From assembly GCA_046290225.1 (NCBI GenBank), contig JBKAGE010000075.1, positions 256,001 to 320,000 on the forward strand: DNA of 64,000 nucleotides. Direction: 5' to 3'. Under the pieces are notes generated by a model that was not told where the DNA came from, did no database searches, and saw only the letters and a program-made list of their open reading frames with translations. This document shows, piece after piece, positions 9,087 to 19,185 of this stretch. Each line of letters starts with the position of its first letter. Within the stretch, counting starts at the first letter, position 1. The position numbers and the translations under genes are program-made. This stretch comes from Bradymonadia bacterium (lineage in GTDB: Bacteria; Myxococcota_A; Bradymonadia; UBA7976; UBA1532).

Positions 9087-10414
9087 AGATGCTCATGCTT
9101 GCGTGCGCCCTGAGCATGTTCGGAGCTGGATGCTCGACGGCGTGCCCTGTCGGTGCGCCCTGTGAGCGCACGTGCTCCACAGAAGAGATCGCGCTGTGTA
9201 GCCTCGACGAGGTGTGCATCTGCGCGCCCATGCTCACACCTGACGAGTTGAACCTCGAGCCGCCCACCGCCATTGGTGAGCAGGCTGGCTCAAAGGCACA
9301 AGACAGCGCATGCGCTGAGGCTGTACCCGGCACTTTGAGGATCAGCGAGGTCATGATCGACGCCCCGACCCCAGAGGCGGAGCACGAGTTCGTGGAGATC
9401 GTGAACCTGACCGATGCGCCCGTGCGATTGTCGGGCGTTCAGCTACTGGCGCTCCGAGGGCAGTCGCTCAAGCCCAGGGTCAGCTTCTCTTCAGGGTGCC
9501 TGCCGAGCCGGGGTGCCGTGGCGCTGTACGCCGACCAGACACGTTGGCGATGGGATCCTGCCCCCGAGTCCGTTGTGGGGGCCGCGACAACACAGTTTGC
9601 CTTCAGCAATCAGGCCGACTTTCACTTTGAGTTGCAGAGCCCGAGCGGGATCACCCTCGACCAGCTCAAGGGCCCAGGCAGCACCATTCCCGAAGAATCC
9701 AGCATCGTGAGGTATCCCGATCTCGAAGGCAGCGCTCTGGCCATTCATCATCGAGTGGCGCCGGAGGGGGAAGCCAGCTCTCCTGGTGTCTGCACTGAAG
9801 GTACACGGTTCGTAGATGGATGCCCCCAGAGGGGGGAAGAGGCCCGATCCGGGTCGGAAGAGCCCGAACCGGAGAGCGACGCAGAGCCCGCTTCACAGGC
9901 CGTCGATCCCCCGATTTGCCGATCGCCCGAGGTTCAGGAATTGGCGATCAATGAGATCTTGATCGATGGTGAAAGCCCGGACGACGAGCACGAGTTCGTC
10001 GAGATCATCAATCGAACCGGCACCCCTTTGAACCTCGCCGGGCTCACCATCGTGGGCAATCGAGGCGCGCTGTGGGTGGATCGGGTGGTCTTCGAAAGCG
10101 GGTGTTTGCCTGCCTTCGCAGGGGTAGCGATCTTCAAAAACGAGGTCCGGACATCGACAGCTGTCGAGGATCTCGAGATCAGCACTCGCCGGTTCGGCAT
10201 CAACAACGACGCGCCCTTCGAGTTCAAACTCGTCGACCCCCAGGGCGTTGTCATCGACCAGGCCTCCGGCCCTGGCGACTTGGATGAGGAGGGGGTGAGC
10301 CTCACGTGGGGTGCTGATGGTTTTGTCGATCATCTACACGCCACTGAGGGTGCGCGGCCCAGCTCGCCTGGCACGTGCGCTGACGGCTCACCTCGCTTCG
10401 AAGGGTGTCGTTGA
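9083..10414 (+). CDS. Lipoprotein with two lamin-tail-like (LTD) domains
   Basis: Lipobox GAGC; internal duplication LRISEVMID..HEFVEIVN / LAINEILID..HEFVEIIN, each ending SSPG.C. Confidence 0.8.
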   Translation: MKMLMLACALSMFGAGCSTACPVGAPCERTCSTEEIALCSLDEVCICAPMLTPDELNLEPPTAIGEQAGSKAQDSACAEAVPGTLRISEVMIDAPTPEAEHEFVEIVNLTDAPVRLSGVQLLALRGQSLKPRVSFSSGCLPSRGAVALYADQTRWRWDPAPESVVGAATTQFAFSNQADFHFELQSPSGITLDQLKGPGSTIPEESSIVRYPDLEGSALAIHHRVAPEGEASSPGVCTEGTRFVDGCPQRGEEARSGSEEPEPESDAEPASQAVDPPICRSPEVQELAINEILIDGESPDDEHEFVEIINRTGTPLNLAGLTIVGNRGALWVDRVVFESGCLPAFAGVAIFKNEVRTSTAVEDLEISTRRFGINNDAPFEFKLVDPQGVVIDQASGPGDLDEEGVSLTWGADGFVDHLHATEGARPSSPGTCADGSPRFEGCR

Positions 10415-10457
10415 ACGTGAGCATCTCCTCCCCGACGTCGGGCATCTCTACCAAGGG

Positions 10458-10568
10458 TGGAGTGTACACTCGTCGTGTTCTCTCACAGAGAGGCCCGAAA
10501 ACTTCGGTGAGAGGCGCTGACGACACCACATCTGGCGAAGTCTGGCGTTGTCAGACCAGTACACTCCA
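10458..10568 (+). other. Candidate structured RNA / multi-stem inverted-repeat element
   Basis: Closing stem TGGAGTGTAC/GTACACTCCA, with internal stems TCGTCG/TGACGA, CTCTCAC/GTGAGAG and GTCTGGC/GTCAGAC. Confidence 0.35.
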
Positions 10569-10657
10569 GAGTTTCAACGGTGAGTCGACTGATGTGTCTG
10601 CGTGACGTATACGTCTGCCCGAGGGCCCGTGGAGCGGGCTGCGGATCGTCGGCCCGG

Positions 10658-10687
10658 TTGACACTCAGGCCTGTCGATCTCTATAAG
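10658..10687 (+). promoter_or_regulatory. Putative sigma-70 promoter of parA-like gene
   Basis: TTGACA-N18-TATAAG about 50 bp upstream of the ATG. Confidence 0.6.
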
Positions 10688-10737
10688 CGAAGTCTGGACA
10701 GGTGCATGTCACATCTGACCGAAAGCAGGGGTCCTTC

Positions 10738-11811
10738 ATGGTGACCAAGCTGTTACATGAGTGCTCCATCTGTGGCACCCGCTTTGCCCCGCGGTTTGCC
10801 TATCAGATTCAGAAGACCTCCGAGGGTGAGATCTACATCTGCTCTCAGGGGTGTCATGAGCGCTACCTCTTCGCTGCCCAGCAGAAAACCTGCGATGTGT
10901 GCAGCACCCGCTTCGTGCCGCAGTTTGCATACCAGCAAGCGGTCATCGACGGCGACACCCGCCACTACTGCTCCCAGCCGTGTCGAGACAACGACATGCA
11001 GGCCCGCAACCCCAAGGGGCTGGGCCATCGCATCGCTGTGCTCAACCAGAAGGGGGGCACCGGCAAGACCACCACCAGCGTGAACCTCGCCGCGGGCCTC
11101 GCCGAGAAGGGGTTCAAGACGCTGCTCGTCGACATGGACGTGCAGGGCAACGTCGCCGTGTCGTTGGGGTTGAGATCTCAGCTCACCCTGTATCACGTAC
11201 TCGCTGAAGGGGTGCATCCCAACGACTGCGTGGTGAAGGTCAACGACAACCTCGACGCCATCGTAAGCGACAACAACCTCGCCAAGGCGGAGTTCGGGCT
11301 GGTCAATCAGCGCAACCGCGACATGCACTTGTCCCAGGCGATGAAGAGCATGACCCAGTATGACTTCATCATCCTGGACTGCGGCCCGAGCTTGTCGATG
11401 CTCAACCAGAACGCTCTGGCGTTCTCGGAGCACATTCTTATCCCGGTGTCGTGCGACTACCTCTCTCTCGTAGGGGTGAAGCAGATCCTGCGTACTCTGA
11501 AGCGGCTCAATCAGAGCCTGCTCAAGCCAGTGAACATCCTGGGGGTGGTGCCCACCTTCTTCGACGTGCGCACCAAGGTCTCCCTCGACTCGGTGAAGAC
11601 GCTCCGGGCGTACTTCAACGATCGGGTGTTGCCGCCCATCCGCGTGAACACGCGCCTCAAAGAGGCCCCGAGCCAGCGCAAGACCATCTTCGAGTACGAT
11701 CCGGACTGCAACGGTGCTGTGGACTACCACCGCCTCGTAGATCGAGTGGTGGAGCTGTGCAGCCTGCCCCCATCGGAGGCGCCCGCCCCCGACATGGCCA
11801 ACTTCGGCTAA
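10738..11811 (+). CDS. ParA/Soj family ATPase with two N-terminal TRASH/zinc-finger-like repeats
   Basis: NQKGGTGKTT deviant Walker A, VDMDVQGN, DFIILDCGPSL and EAPSQ. N-terminal CxxC..CSxxC occurs twice. Confidence 0.88.
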   Translation: MVTKLLHECSICGTRFAPRFAYQIQKTSEGEIYICSQGCHERYLFAAQQKTCDVCSTRFVPQFAYQQAVIDGDTRHYCSQPCRDNDMQARNPKGLGHRIAVLNQKGGTGKTTTSVNLAAGLAEKGFKTLLVDMDVQGNVAVSLGLRSQLTLYHVLAEGVHPNDCVVKVNDNLDAIVSDNNLAKAEFGLVNQRNRDMHLSQAMKSMTQYDFIILDCGPSLSMLNQNALAFSEHILIPVSCDYLSLVGVKQILRTLKRLNQSLLKPVNILGVVPTFFDVRTKVSLDSVKTLRAYFNDRVLPPIRVNTRLKEAPSQRKTIFEYDPDCNGAVDYHRLVDRVVELCSLPPSEAPAPDMANFG

Positions 11812-11928
11812 GAGGTCCTCACACAACGGCGGACCTCTCAGAATCTTTCAGCAGCTACATCCCACCAGAAATCTCTGGTGGACTGGTGTCGTGTGGGTGG
11901 ATGCCCCGAGTCGGGTGTAGGGGTACGC

Positions 11929-12228
11929 TCAGCGCGTGCGGGGCTTGGGCATGGGGAAGAAGAGCGACTCTTCAAGGACGAGCTCGGCCTCGACCCCCCG
12001 CATCTCGAGAACCAGCCCCTCGTCGAGGGTCTCGCCGCTGTTCATCATCTGCCCGAGACGTTCGCCCAGGCCCATGTAGCGTTCGACGCTGTTTTCAAAC
12101 TGCGCTTCGGTCATACGGGGCACGAGGCGGTTACGGAACCGCCCATATTGCCCGGGCTTCATCTCGCCGACGAGGCGCGTGAAGCGTTCGATGTAAGTGG
12201 AGTACTGCTTGGCATCTTCAGTGGTCAT
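11929..12228 (-). CDS. Small hypothetical protein
   Basis: Fills the gap between parA-like and tolC; globular-looking sequence. Start could be 12228 or 12255. Confidence 0.6.
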   Translation of the reverse strand: MTTEDAKQYSTYIERFTRLVGEMKPGQYGRFRNRLVPRMTEAQFENSVERYMGLGERLGQMMNSGETLDEGLVLEMRGVEAELVLEESLFFPMPKPRTR

Positions 12229-12297
12229 CAACACCACGCCCGGTCTGTTGAACATTCAGGAGATCAGGGCGTTGAACGTTACGCGCACCAGGGCGGG

Positions 12298-12326
12298 TTG
12301 ACAATGGCCATCACCGCTTCTAAGAC
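12298..12326 (+). promoter_or_regulatory. Putative sigma-70 promoter of tolC-mlaC
   Basis: TTGACA-N17-TAAGAC upstream of the GAGGAG RBS and ATG 12383. Confidence 0.5.
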
Positions 12327-12382
12327 GTCGTATCCTCTCTAGAGGACCGCCGACGGCCTGCATTCACTGAGGAGCCCACAGC

Positions 12383-13870
12383 ATGACCAGCCCCTGGCGC
12401 AGGCCCCTCTCTCAGATTCCGCTCACCTGGGGTCTGATGGTTTGGGCGGCCCTGGCCGTGCCTTCGACCCCTGCAGAGGCCGAAGAGACCGAGCAACAGG
12501 TTCCGGTGGTCACCCTCGATGGCTTGCTTCGGCGTGCATCGGAACGGAACCCTGTAGTCGACGTCGCCCGGGCTGATCTGGCGAGGTACGAGGCTTTGTT
12601 CGACCGGGCCTACTACGCCTGGACGCCTCGCCTCCGAGTGGAGTCTCTCCTGGCGCCGCTGCCTGAGCGACGTCTGCTCCAGCAGTGCGTGAACGTCGAC
12701 ACCCTCGACCCCAACTCCGGGCTGCCCGTCGTCTCGCCGTGCCCTGGTCAGGACATCGCCGATGACGAGGCGCTCACCGCGGACACCGAGATCGGCATCC
12801 TCACCCGAACCACCGCCCGCCTGACCCTGCCCATCTACACCTTCGGCAAGATCGACTCGGCTCAGCGGGCTGCCCGTGCGGGGATGGAGGTGGGCCGCGC
12901 CGGGGTCCGGGTGGCTCAGAACCGCCTCGGCTTCGAGATCAAGCGGGCGTACTACGGGGCCCAGCTGGCCCACAGCGTGCTCGACATCATCAACGATGGC
13001 CGCAAGCGCCTGAAGAAGGCCAAAGAGCAGACCGAGAAAGAGCTCGACAAAGAGACCGGTAAGTTCACCCGAAACGACCTGCGCCAGCTCATCGTGCAAG
13101 AAGCCACCCTCGAGGCTCGATACCTCGAGACCGAGGCCCTCTCCGGGGTGGCCTGGGAGGGTCTGCGCATCGCTGGTGGCTTCGCCCCTGGGGAAGCCTT
13201 CACCCTCGATCGCATGAAGCTGCTCCCGGTGCAGATCGAAGAGCGGACCCAGGAAGCTTACATCGAGCTGGCGCTGCTCTCCCGACCAGATCTGCAGCTG
13301 GCCCACGCCGGCGCAGAGGCTGAGGCGGGCCGCGTGGGCATGGCCGTGTCCAATCTGTTCCCCGACATCGCCCTTGTCGGCGCCTTCACCTTTGCCAAGG
13401 GCACCTCTGCAGACGACAACCCTGATCCCTTCGCCAACGACCAGTACAACGTGCTGGGGTGGGGGGTCGTGCTGGCGGCGAGCTGGAACATCAACCTCGC
13501 TGATCGCCTCACCAAGGTGCACGAGGCCGAGGCCCGTCGTATGAAGGTCGAAGCCCAGCGAGATGCGTTGCTGATGCAGATCAGGCTTCAGATCGCCGAG
13601 CACCTCGGCCAGGTGAAGCGGTATCAGGGGGCCATGAAGGCCCGCCAGATGGCCCTGAAGGCCTCCAAGGGCTGGCTGGTGTCCAACAGCCTCAACTACG
13701 GCTTGGGGCTCACCAAGACCGACCAGCTGCTTCAGAGCCTGGTGGCCTTCAGCCAGAGCCGGGTGGAGTTCTTCAGCTCGATCTACGAGTACAACCTGGC
13801 AGTGGCCCGCCTCTCACAGGCGGTCGGCACCGAGCTGGCGCTGCCCCCCATCATCGAAGACGACGAGTGA
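12383..13870 (+). CDS. TolC family outer membrane protein
   Basis: Signal peptide; two OEP repeats (LTLPIYTFGK..IKRAYYG; FPDIAL..YEYNLAVARLSQAVG). Confidence 0.88.
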   Translation: MTSPWRRPLSQIPLTWGLMVWAALAVPSTPAEAEETEQQVPVVTLDGLLRRASERNPVVDVARADLARYEALFDRAYYAWTPRLRVESLLAPLPERRLLQQCVNVDTLDPNSGLPVVSPCPGQDIADDEALTADTEIGILTRTTARLTLPIYTFGKIDSAQRAARAGMEVGRAGVRVAQNRLGFEIKRAYYGAQLAHSVLDIINDGRKRLKKAKEQTEKELDKETGKFTRNDLRQLIVQEATLEARYLETEALSGVAWEGLRIAGGFAPGEAFTLDRMKLLPVQIEERTQEAYIELALLSRPDLQLAHAGAEAEAGRVGMAVSNLFPDIALVGAFTFAKGTSADDNPDPFANDQYNVLGWGVVLAASWNINLADRLTKVHEAEARRMKVEAQRDALLMQIRLQIAEHLGQVKRYQGAMKARQMALKASKGWLVSNSLNYGLGLTKTDQLLQSLVAFSQSRVEFFSSIYEYNLAVARLSQAVGTELALPPIIEDDE

Positions 13871-13979
13871 GCGCACCCGAATGTGCCCGGAGTGGGCAAA
13901 TCTACGGGCCCTGGTGCGCTGAATAGGCCCCGATAGGGGTCGTCTCACCGCCCGAACACGCATTGAAGGAGAGAGGACC

Positions 13980-14642
13980 ATGAACAAGACTTCACGCATC
14001 GCGATGACCGTGTGTGCCAGCCTCATCTGGATGGCCGGTGTGGCCCAGGCTCGCCCCCCGCGGCCCACGAAGTACGTGAAGCAGCAGGTGACCGCCGTGC
14101 GCACCCTGCTCAAGATCAAGCCCGCCACCCCCGCCGAGGGTGTGGAGCTGGACACCAAGCTCAAGGCCGTGGTGTCCCCGGTCATCGACTTCAAGGGCAT
14201 GAGCAAGCGTGCTCTGCGCAAGCACTGGGATGGCCTGAACGAAGAGCAGCGCAGCACCTTCGTCACCCTGTTCCAGGATCTGGTCTTCGAGAGCTACTTG
14301 AGCCAGGTGCGCTCTGCCGACGAGCAGTACACCATCAAGTACGAAGACGAAGAGGAGAAGGGCGACAAGGGCGAGGTCACCGCCATCGCCAAGACCGCCA
14401 AGGCCGAGGTGGAGCTGGTCTTCAAGCTCGACGCCAAAGACGGCAAAACCTGGGTGACCCGCGACGTGGTCATCGACGAGGTGAGCCTCGAAGAGAACTA
14501 CCGCGAGCAGTTCAACCAGATCATCGCCAAAGACGGCTTCGAAGAGCTGCTGAACAAGATGCGCAAGAAGCTCGACAAGCTGCGTGGCAAGAAGGGCGGC
14601 GCTGCTGCCCCCGAGAAGGCGCCTGAGGCACCCAAGAAGTAA
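13980..14642 (+). CDS. mlaC: MlaC/Ttg2D family periplasmic lipid-binding protein
   Basis: IDFKGMSKRAL..HW..QRSTFVTLF..DVVIDEVSLEENYREQF..IIAKDGFEELL. Confidence 0.88.
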   Translation: MNKTSRIAMTVCASLIWMAGVAQARPPRPTKYVKQQVTAVRTLLKIKPATPAEGVELDTKLKAVVSPVIDFKGMSKRALRKHWDGLNEEQRSTFVTLFQDLVFESYLSQVRSADEQYTIKYEDEEEKGDKGEVTAIAKTAKAEVELVFKLDAKDGKTWVTRDVVIDEVSLEENYREQFNQIIAKDGFEELLNKMRKKLDKLRGKKGGAAAPEKAPEAPKK

Positions 14643-14702
14643 GCAGCGCTTCAGAGCGCTCATCCCCCCTAACAGGGTCGCGCTCTGCGATCCTCGACCT
14701 GC

Positions 14703-15449
14703 CTACTGCACCACCCAAGAGACCAGCGCGCCGAGGACCATGGCCACCACCACGGCGCCGGCGTAGAGCATCCAGTGGGGCATGGGGCGCTTGCGCGAAC
14801 TCTTGCCCCGCACGTCGAGCAACATGCACTCCACATTGCCGAACTGCACCCGATCACCATGCCAGACCTTGGCTGTGGAGAGCGGGCGATCGTTGAGCAT
14901 GGTGCCATTGCTCGACTTGAGATCGTTCAGGGTGTAGCCACCGTCTTCCAGGCGCTTGAGCCGGGCGTGATGTCGCGAGACCGAGGCGTCGGCCAGGGTG
15001 ACATCGTTCTCGTCGGTGCGGCCGATGCGGGTGACAGGCTCGAAGAGCAGGTGCTCCCGGCCCGCCTGGGGACCGCTCACCACCACCAGCTTCCCGTGGG
15101 CTTGCTCGGGGTGCACGATGGCGGTGCTGATGTTGTCCTGAGAGGGCCGAAGGCCTGCAGGGTTGGGCTCGAGGTAGAGCCGAAAGTCGCCAATGCGCAC
15201 TTGAGTGCTGTCGGTCAGAGGGGCGGGGCCGTCGATCCGGCGCTCATCGACGATGACCCCGTTGGCGCTGCCCATATCGGAGATGTTGGCGCCGCGCTCG
15301 TCCATGAAGAGACGCGCGTGTGAGCGACTGATCATGTCGCTGGCCAACACGATGTCATTGTCGGGTGTGCGGCCCACAGAGAGCTCGCGATCGAGCGCGT
15401 ACTCTCCGATCAGAGCACCGCGGGCGTCCTCGACGACGACGATGTACAT
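14703..15449 (-). CDS. Double FHA domain membrane protein
   Basis: Two GR..ND..L...SRxHA....SxNG FHA motifs and a C-terminal TM helix. Confidence 0.9.
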   Translation of the reverse strand: MYIVVVEDARGALIGEYALDRELSVGRTPDNDIVLASDMISRSHARLFMDERGANISDMGSANGVIVDERRIDGPAPLTDSTQVRIGDFRLYLEPNPAGLRPSQDNISTAIVHPEQAHGKLVVVSGPQAGREHLLFEPVTRIGRTDENDVTLADASVSRHHARLKRLEDGGYTLNDLKSSNGTMLNDRPLSTAKVWHGDRVQFGNVECMLLDVRGKSSRKRPMPHWMLYAGAVVVAMVLGALVSWVVQ

Positions 15450-15458
15450 CGTCGTCCT

Positions 15459-17114
<1,656 letters not shown>

Positions 17115-17157
17115 AGGGACTCCCAAATTGTGCATCTGTCGAGCAGTGAACGGAGTT

Positions 17158-17187
17158 TATCTAGATTCAGGCTCCGGCGGGTGTCAA
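17158..17187 (-). promoter_or_regulatory. Possible sigma-70 promoter of the FHA operon
   Basis: Minus strand TTGACA-N18-TAGATA about 45 bp upstream of ATG 17114. Confidence 0.4.
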
Positions 17188-17289
17188 GAAGTCCTTTGCC
17201 CCATTTGTCTCACCAGGGCGACCCCCTCGACGACTCGGGTCGAGCGCCGGACTGCTGCATGATCGGCCGGGCCCGCAGTGCCCTTGAAC

Positions 17290-18474
17290 TCAAGTGCTCT
17301 CGGAGCCTTCTCTCATCTTCGGCAGACGATGCTCCAGGAGCACCCACGGGAGGAGGCCGGCGAGGGCCCAAATCGCTCCTGCGGCGAACATGGCCTGATC
17401 ACCCAGGGCGTCGGCGAGGGCGCCGAAGGCCGGGGTCATGGCCAGGGCGGAGAGCTCCCAGAGGCCGGTGAAGCCCGCCATGGCCGAGCCTCGCATGGCC
17501 ACAGGGTGTCGGGTGATGGCCTGGGCGGTGAGGATCGGGAAGCAGAAACCGTGGCCGAGGCCCCCGAGGAGCCCGGCCCACATGAAGGCCGAGGGTTGCG
17601 AGGCTTCGGCGACGATCACACACGCCGCGGCGTAGGCGCCCAGGGCCGGGGCGATGAGGTTGGCGGGGCCTACCCTCGCCGGCAGACGAGCGCCGAAGAC
17701 GCGCACCGCCACAGCGCCCCCGGCGTAGGTCAGCCAGATCGACTCCGGCCAGGGCAGGCCTCGATCCCGGGCGGCCACGGTGGCGAAGGCCATGAGCAGG
17801 GCCACCAGCCCCGAGAAGCAGATCGTCATGAGCCAGACCGGCCTCACCTCGGGCCGAGTGAAGGCCCGCAGCACCTGCTGTAGAGGGAGGGCGTCGCGGC
17901 GCCCTTCGGCGGGGCCAGGCTCTTTCAGGGAGAAGATGACCCACAGAGAGGTGAGGATGATGGCGCCGATGATGGGGAACACCCATCGCAACTCTTCAGG
18001 GGCGAGGTCGAGGGTACCCACGAAGGGGTTCACTGCCAGCGGGAGCAGGCCCGAGATGCCGAAGAGGGCGATGCCTTCTGTGCGGCGGCTCGGGGGGATG
18101 ATGTCAGCGGCGAAGGTGAAGTAGCCCGTGAAGAGGGTGCCCACCCCGATGCCGATGATCACGCGGATCACGTAGACCCAAGGGCCCATGGTCTCCACCA
18201 GGCCCAGCAAGCCCATGCCCGCACACAAAATCAGGGTGCCCACCACCAGGGTGGGCCGGCGACCGATGGTGTCGAGGGCCCACCCCACCGCGGGGCGCAG
18301 GGCGATGCCGCCGATGCCCGCCGCGGCCATGGCGGCGCCGATCTCCGTACGGCTGGCCCCGATGTGATCGAGATACAGGGGCAGCAACAGCATCGAGGCA
18401 TAGCCCAGAGCCTGCAGCAGATGCCCGAGAACCAGGGCGAGGAAGGGGCCAGTGACGAGGGGGGGCATGGTCAT
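17290..18474 (-). CDS. MFS transporter
   Basis: About 12 hydrophobic segments; GWALDTIGRR motif A; ATGA overlap with the upstream gene stop. Confidence 0.9.
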   Translation of the reverse strand: MTMPPLVTGPFLALVLGHLLQALGYASMLLLPLYLDHIGASRTEIGAAMAAAGIGGIALRPAVGWALDTIGRRPTLVVGTLILCAGMGLLGLVETMGPWVYVIRVIIGIGVGTLFTGYFTFAADIIPPSRRTEGIALFGISGLLPLAVNPFVGTLDLAPEELRWVFPIIGAIILTSLWVIFSLKEPGPAEGRRDALPLQQVLRAFTRPEVRPVWLMTICFSGLVALLMAFATVAARDRGLPWPESIWLTYAGGAVAVRVFGARLPARVGPANLIAPALGAYAAACVIVAEASQPSAFMWAGLLGGLGHGFCFPILTAQAITRHPVAMRGSAMAGFTGLWELSALAMTPAFGALADALGDQAMFAAGAIWALAGLLPWVLLEHRLPKMREGSEST

Positions 18475-19130
18475 CCCAGGGCGTGGAGCAGCCAGAGGCT
18501 GAGGTGCGCGCCACCAAAAGCCAGCGCCCCCACGATGAGGGCGCCGAGACTCCGGAGAGGTGCTGGGGCACCCCACAGCGCCAGCAGGGCGAACGTAGCC
18601 CAGGGCCAGGGGAGTACCCAACGCCAGAAGGGCGCGGAGGCTTCGAGAGATGCCGCCGGCGCAGGGAGGTCGCTCATTTTCGGAGGCGGCAGAGTCGAGA
18701 ACACTGCGCTCGTGTCGAGGCGGGTGGCGCCATTGGGGCCCCAGGTTACGATCAGAGGCACATCGCCCGTGGGTATGACCAGCCGATCTGTGGTGATGAC
18801 CGGTGCGGGGAGATCTGATCGAGGAGCAGCGACACCCGACCACCAGGGGAGGGGCATCAACGCCACGACACAGAGTAGAGGTCCAGGCCTCAACCCTGCT
18901 GAGCCCGCCACGGTGAGGGCGCCGTCCTGTCGCCACCGAAGCGCCGCCCAGCACAGACCCCAGAGCCCCGCCAGGGGGCAGACCACCGTGAGCGTCGTGG
19001 AGAGGGTGAGGCTTCTACCTTCAGTGAGAGCCGCCCCCCAGGCGATGATGAGGAGTACCGCCAGGGCCCCGAACTGCGCCTTGACGATCCGGAGCGCGAG
19101 GCTCCGAAAGAGAGTCGACATGGCTGACAT
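18471..19130 (-). CDS. Hypothetical membrane protein
   Basis: Several hydrophobic segments; translationally coupled to the MFS gene; divergent from pyk. Confidence 0.55.
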   Translation of the reverse strand: MSAMSTLFRSLALRIVKAQFGALAVLLIIAWGAALTEGRSLTLSTTLTVVCPLAGLWGLCWAALRWRQDGALTVAGSAGLRPGPLLCVVALMPLPWWSGVAAPRSDLPAPVITTDRLVIPTGDVPLIVTWGPNGATRLDTSAVFSTLPPPKMSDLPAPAASLEASAPFWRWVLPWPWATFALLALWGAPAPLRSLGALIVGALAFGGAHLSLWLLHALG

Positions 19131-19185
19131 GGTGCCAGCGGCTCAGAGGATCTACAATGAGCCGCCTCACCCATGGGGGAATGCA

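Noticed and set aside
10458..10568. tRNA (GGAGTGT...ACACTCCA ends)
   Set aside because: No D-arm, anticodon arm or TTCRA T-loop in the right positions; kept only as an unknown structure.
17290..18954. 554-aa version of the MFS ORF
   Set aside because: The MFS begins at 18474 with an ATGA overlap; the extension lies within the upstream membrane gene.
18364..19185. N-terminal 274-aa extension of pyruvate kinase in the ORF track
   Set aside because: It overlaps opposite-strand genes; homology starts at the TTG at 19186.
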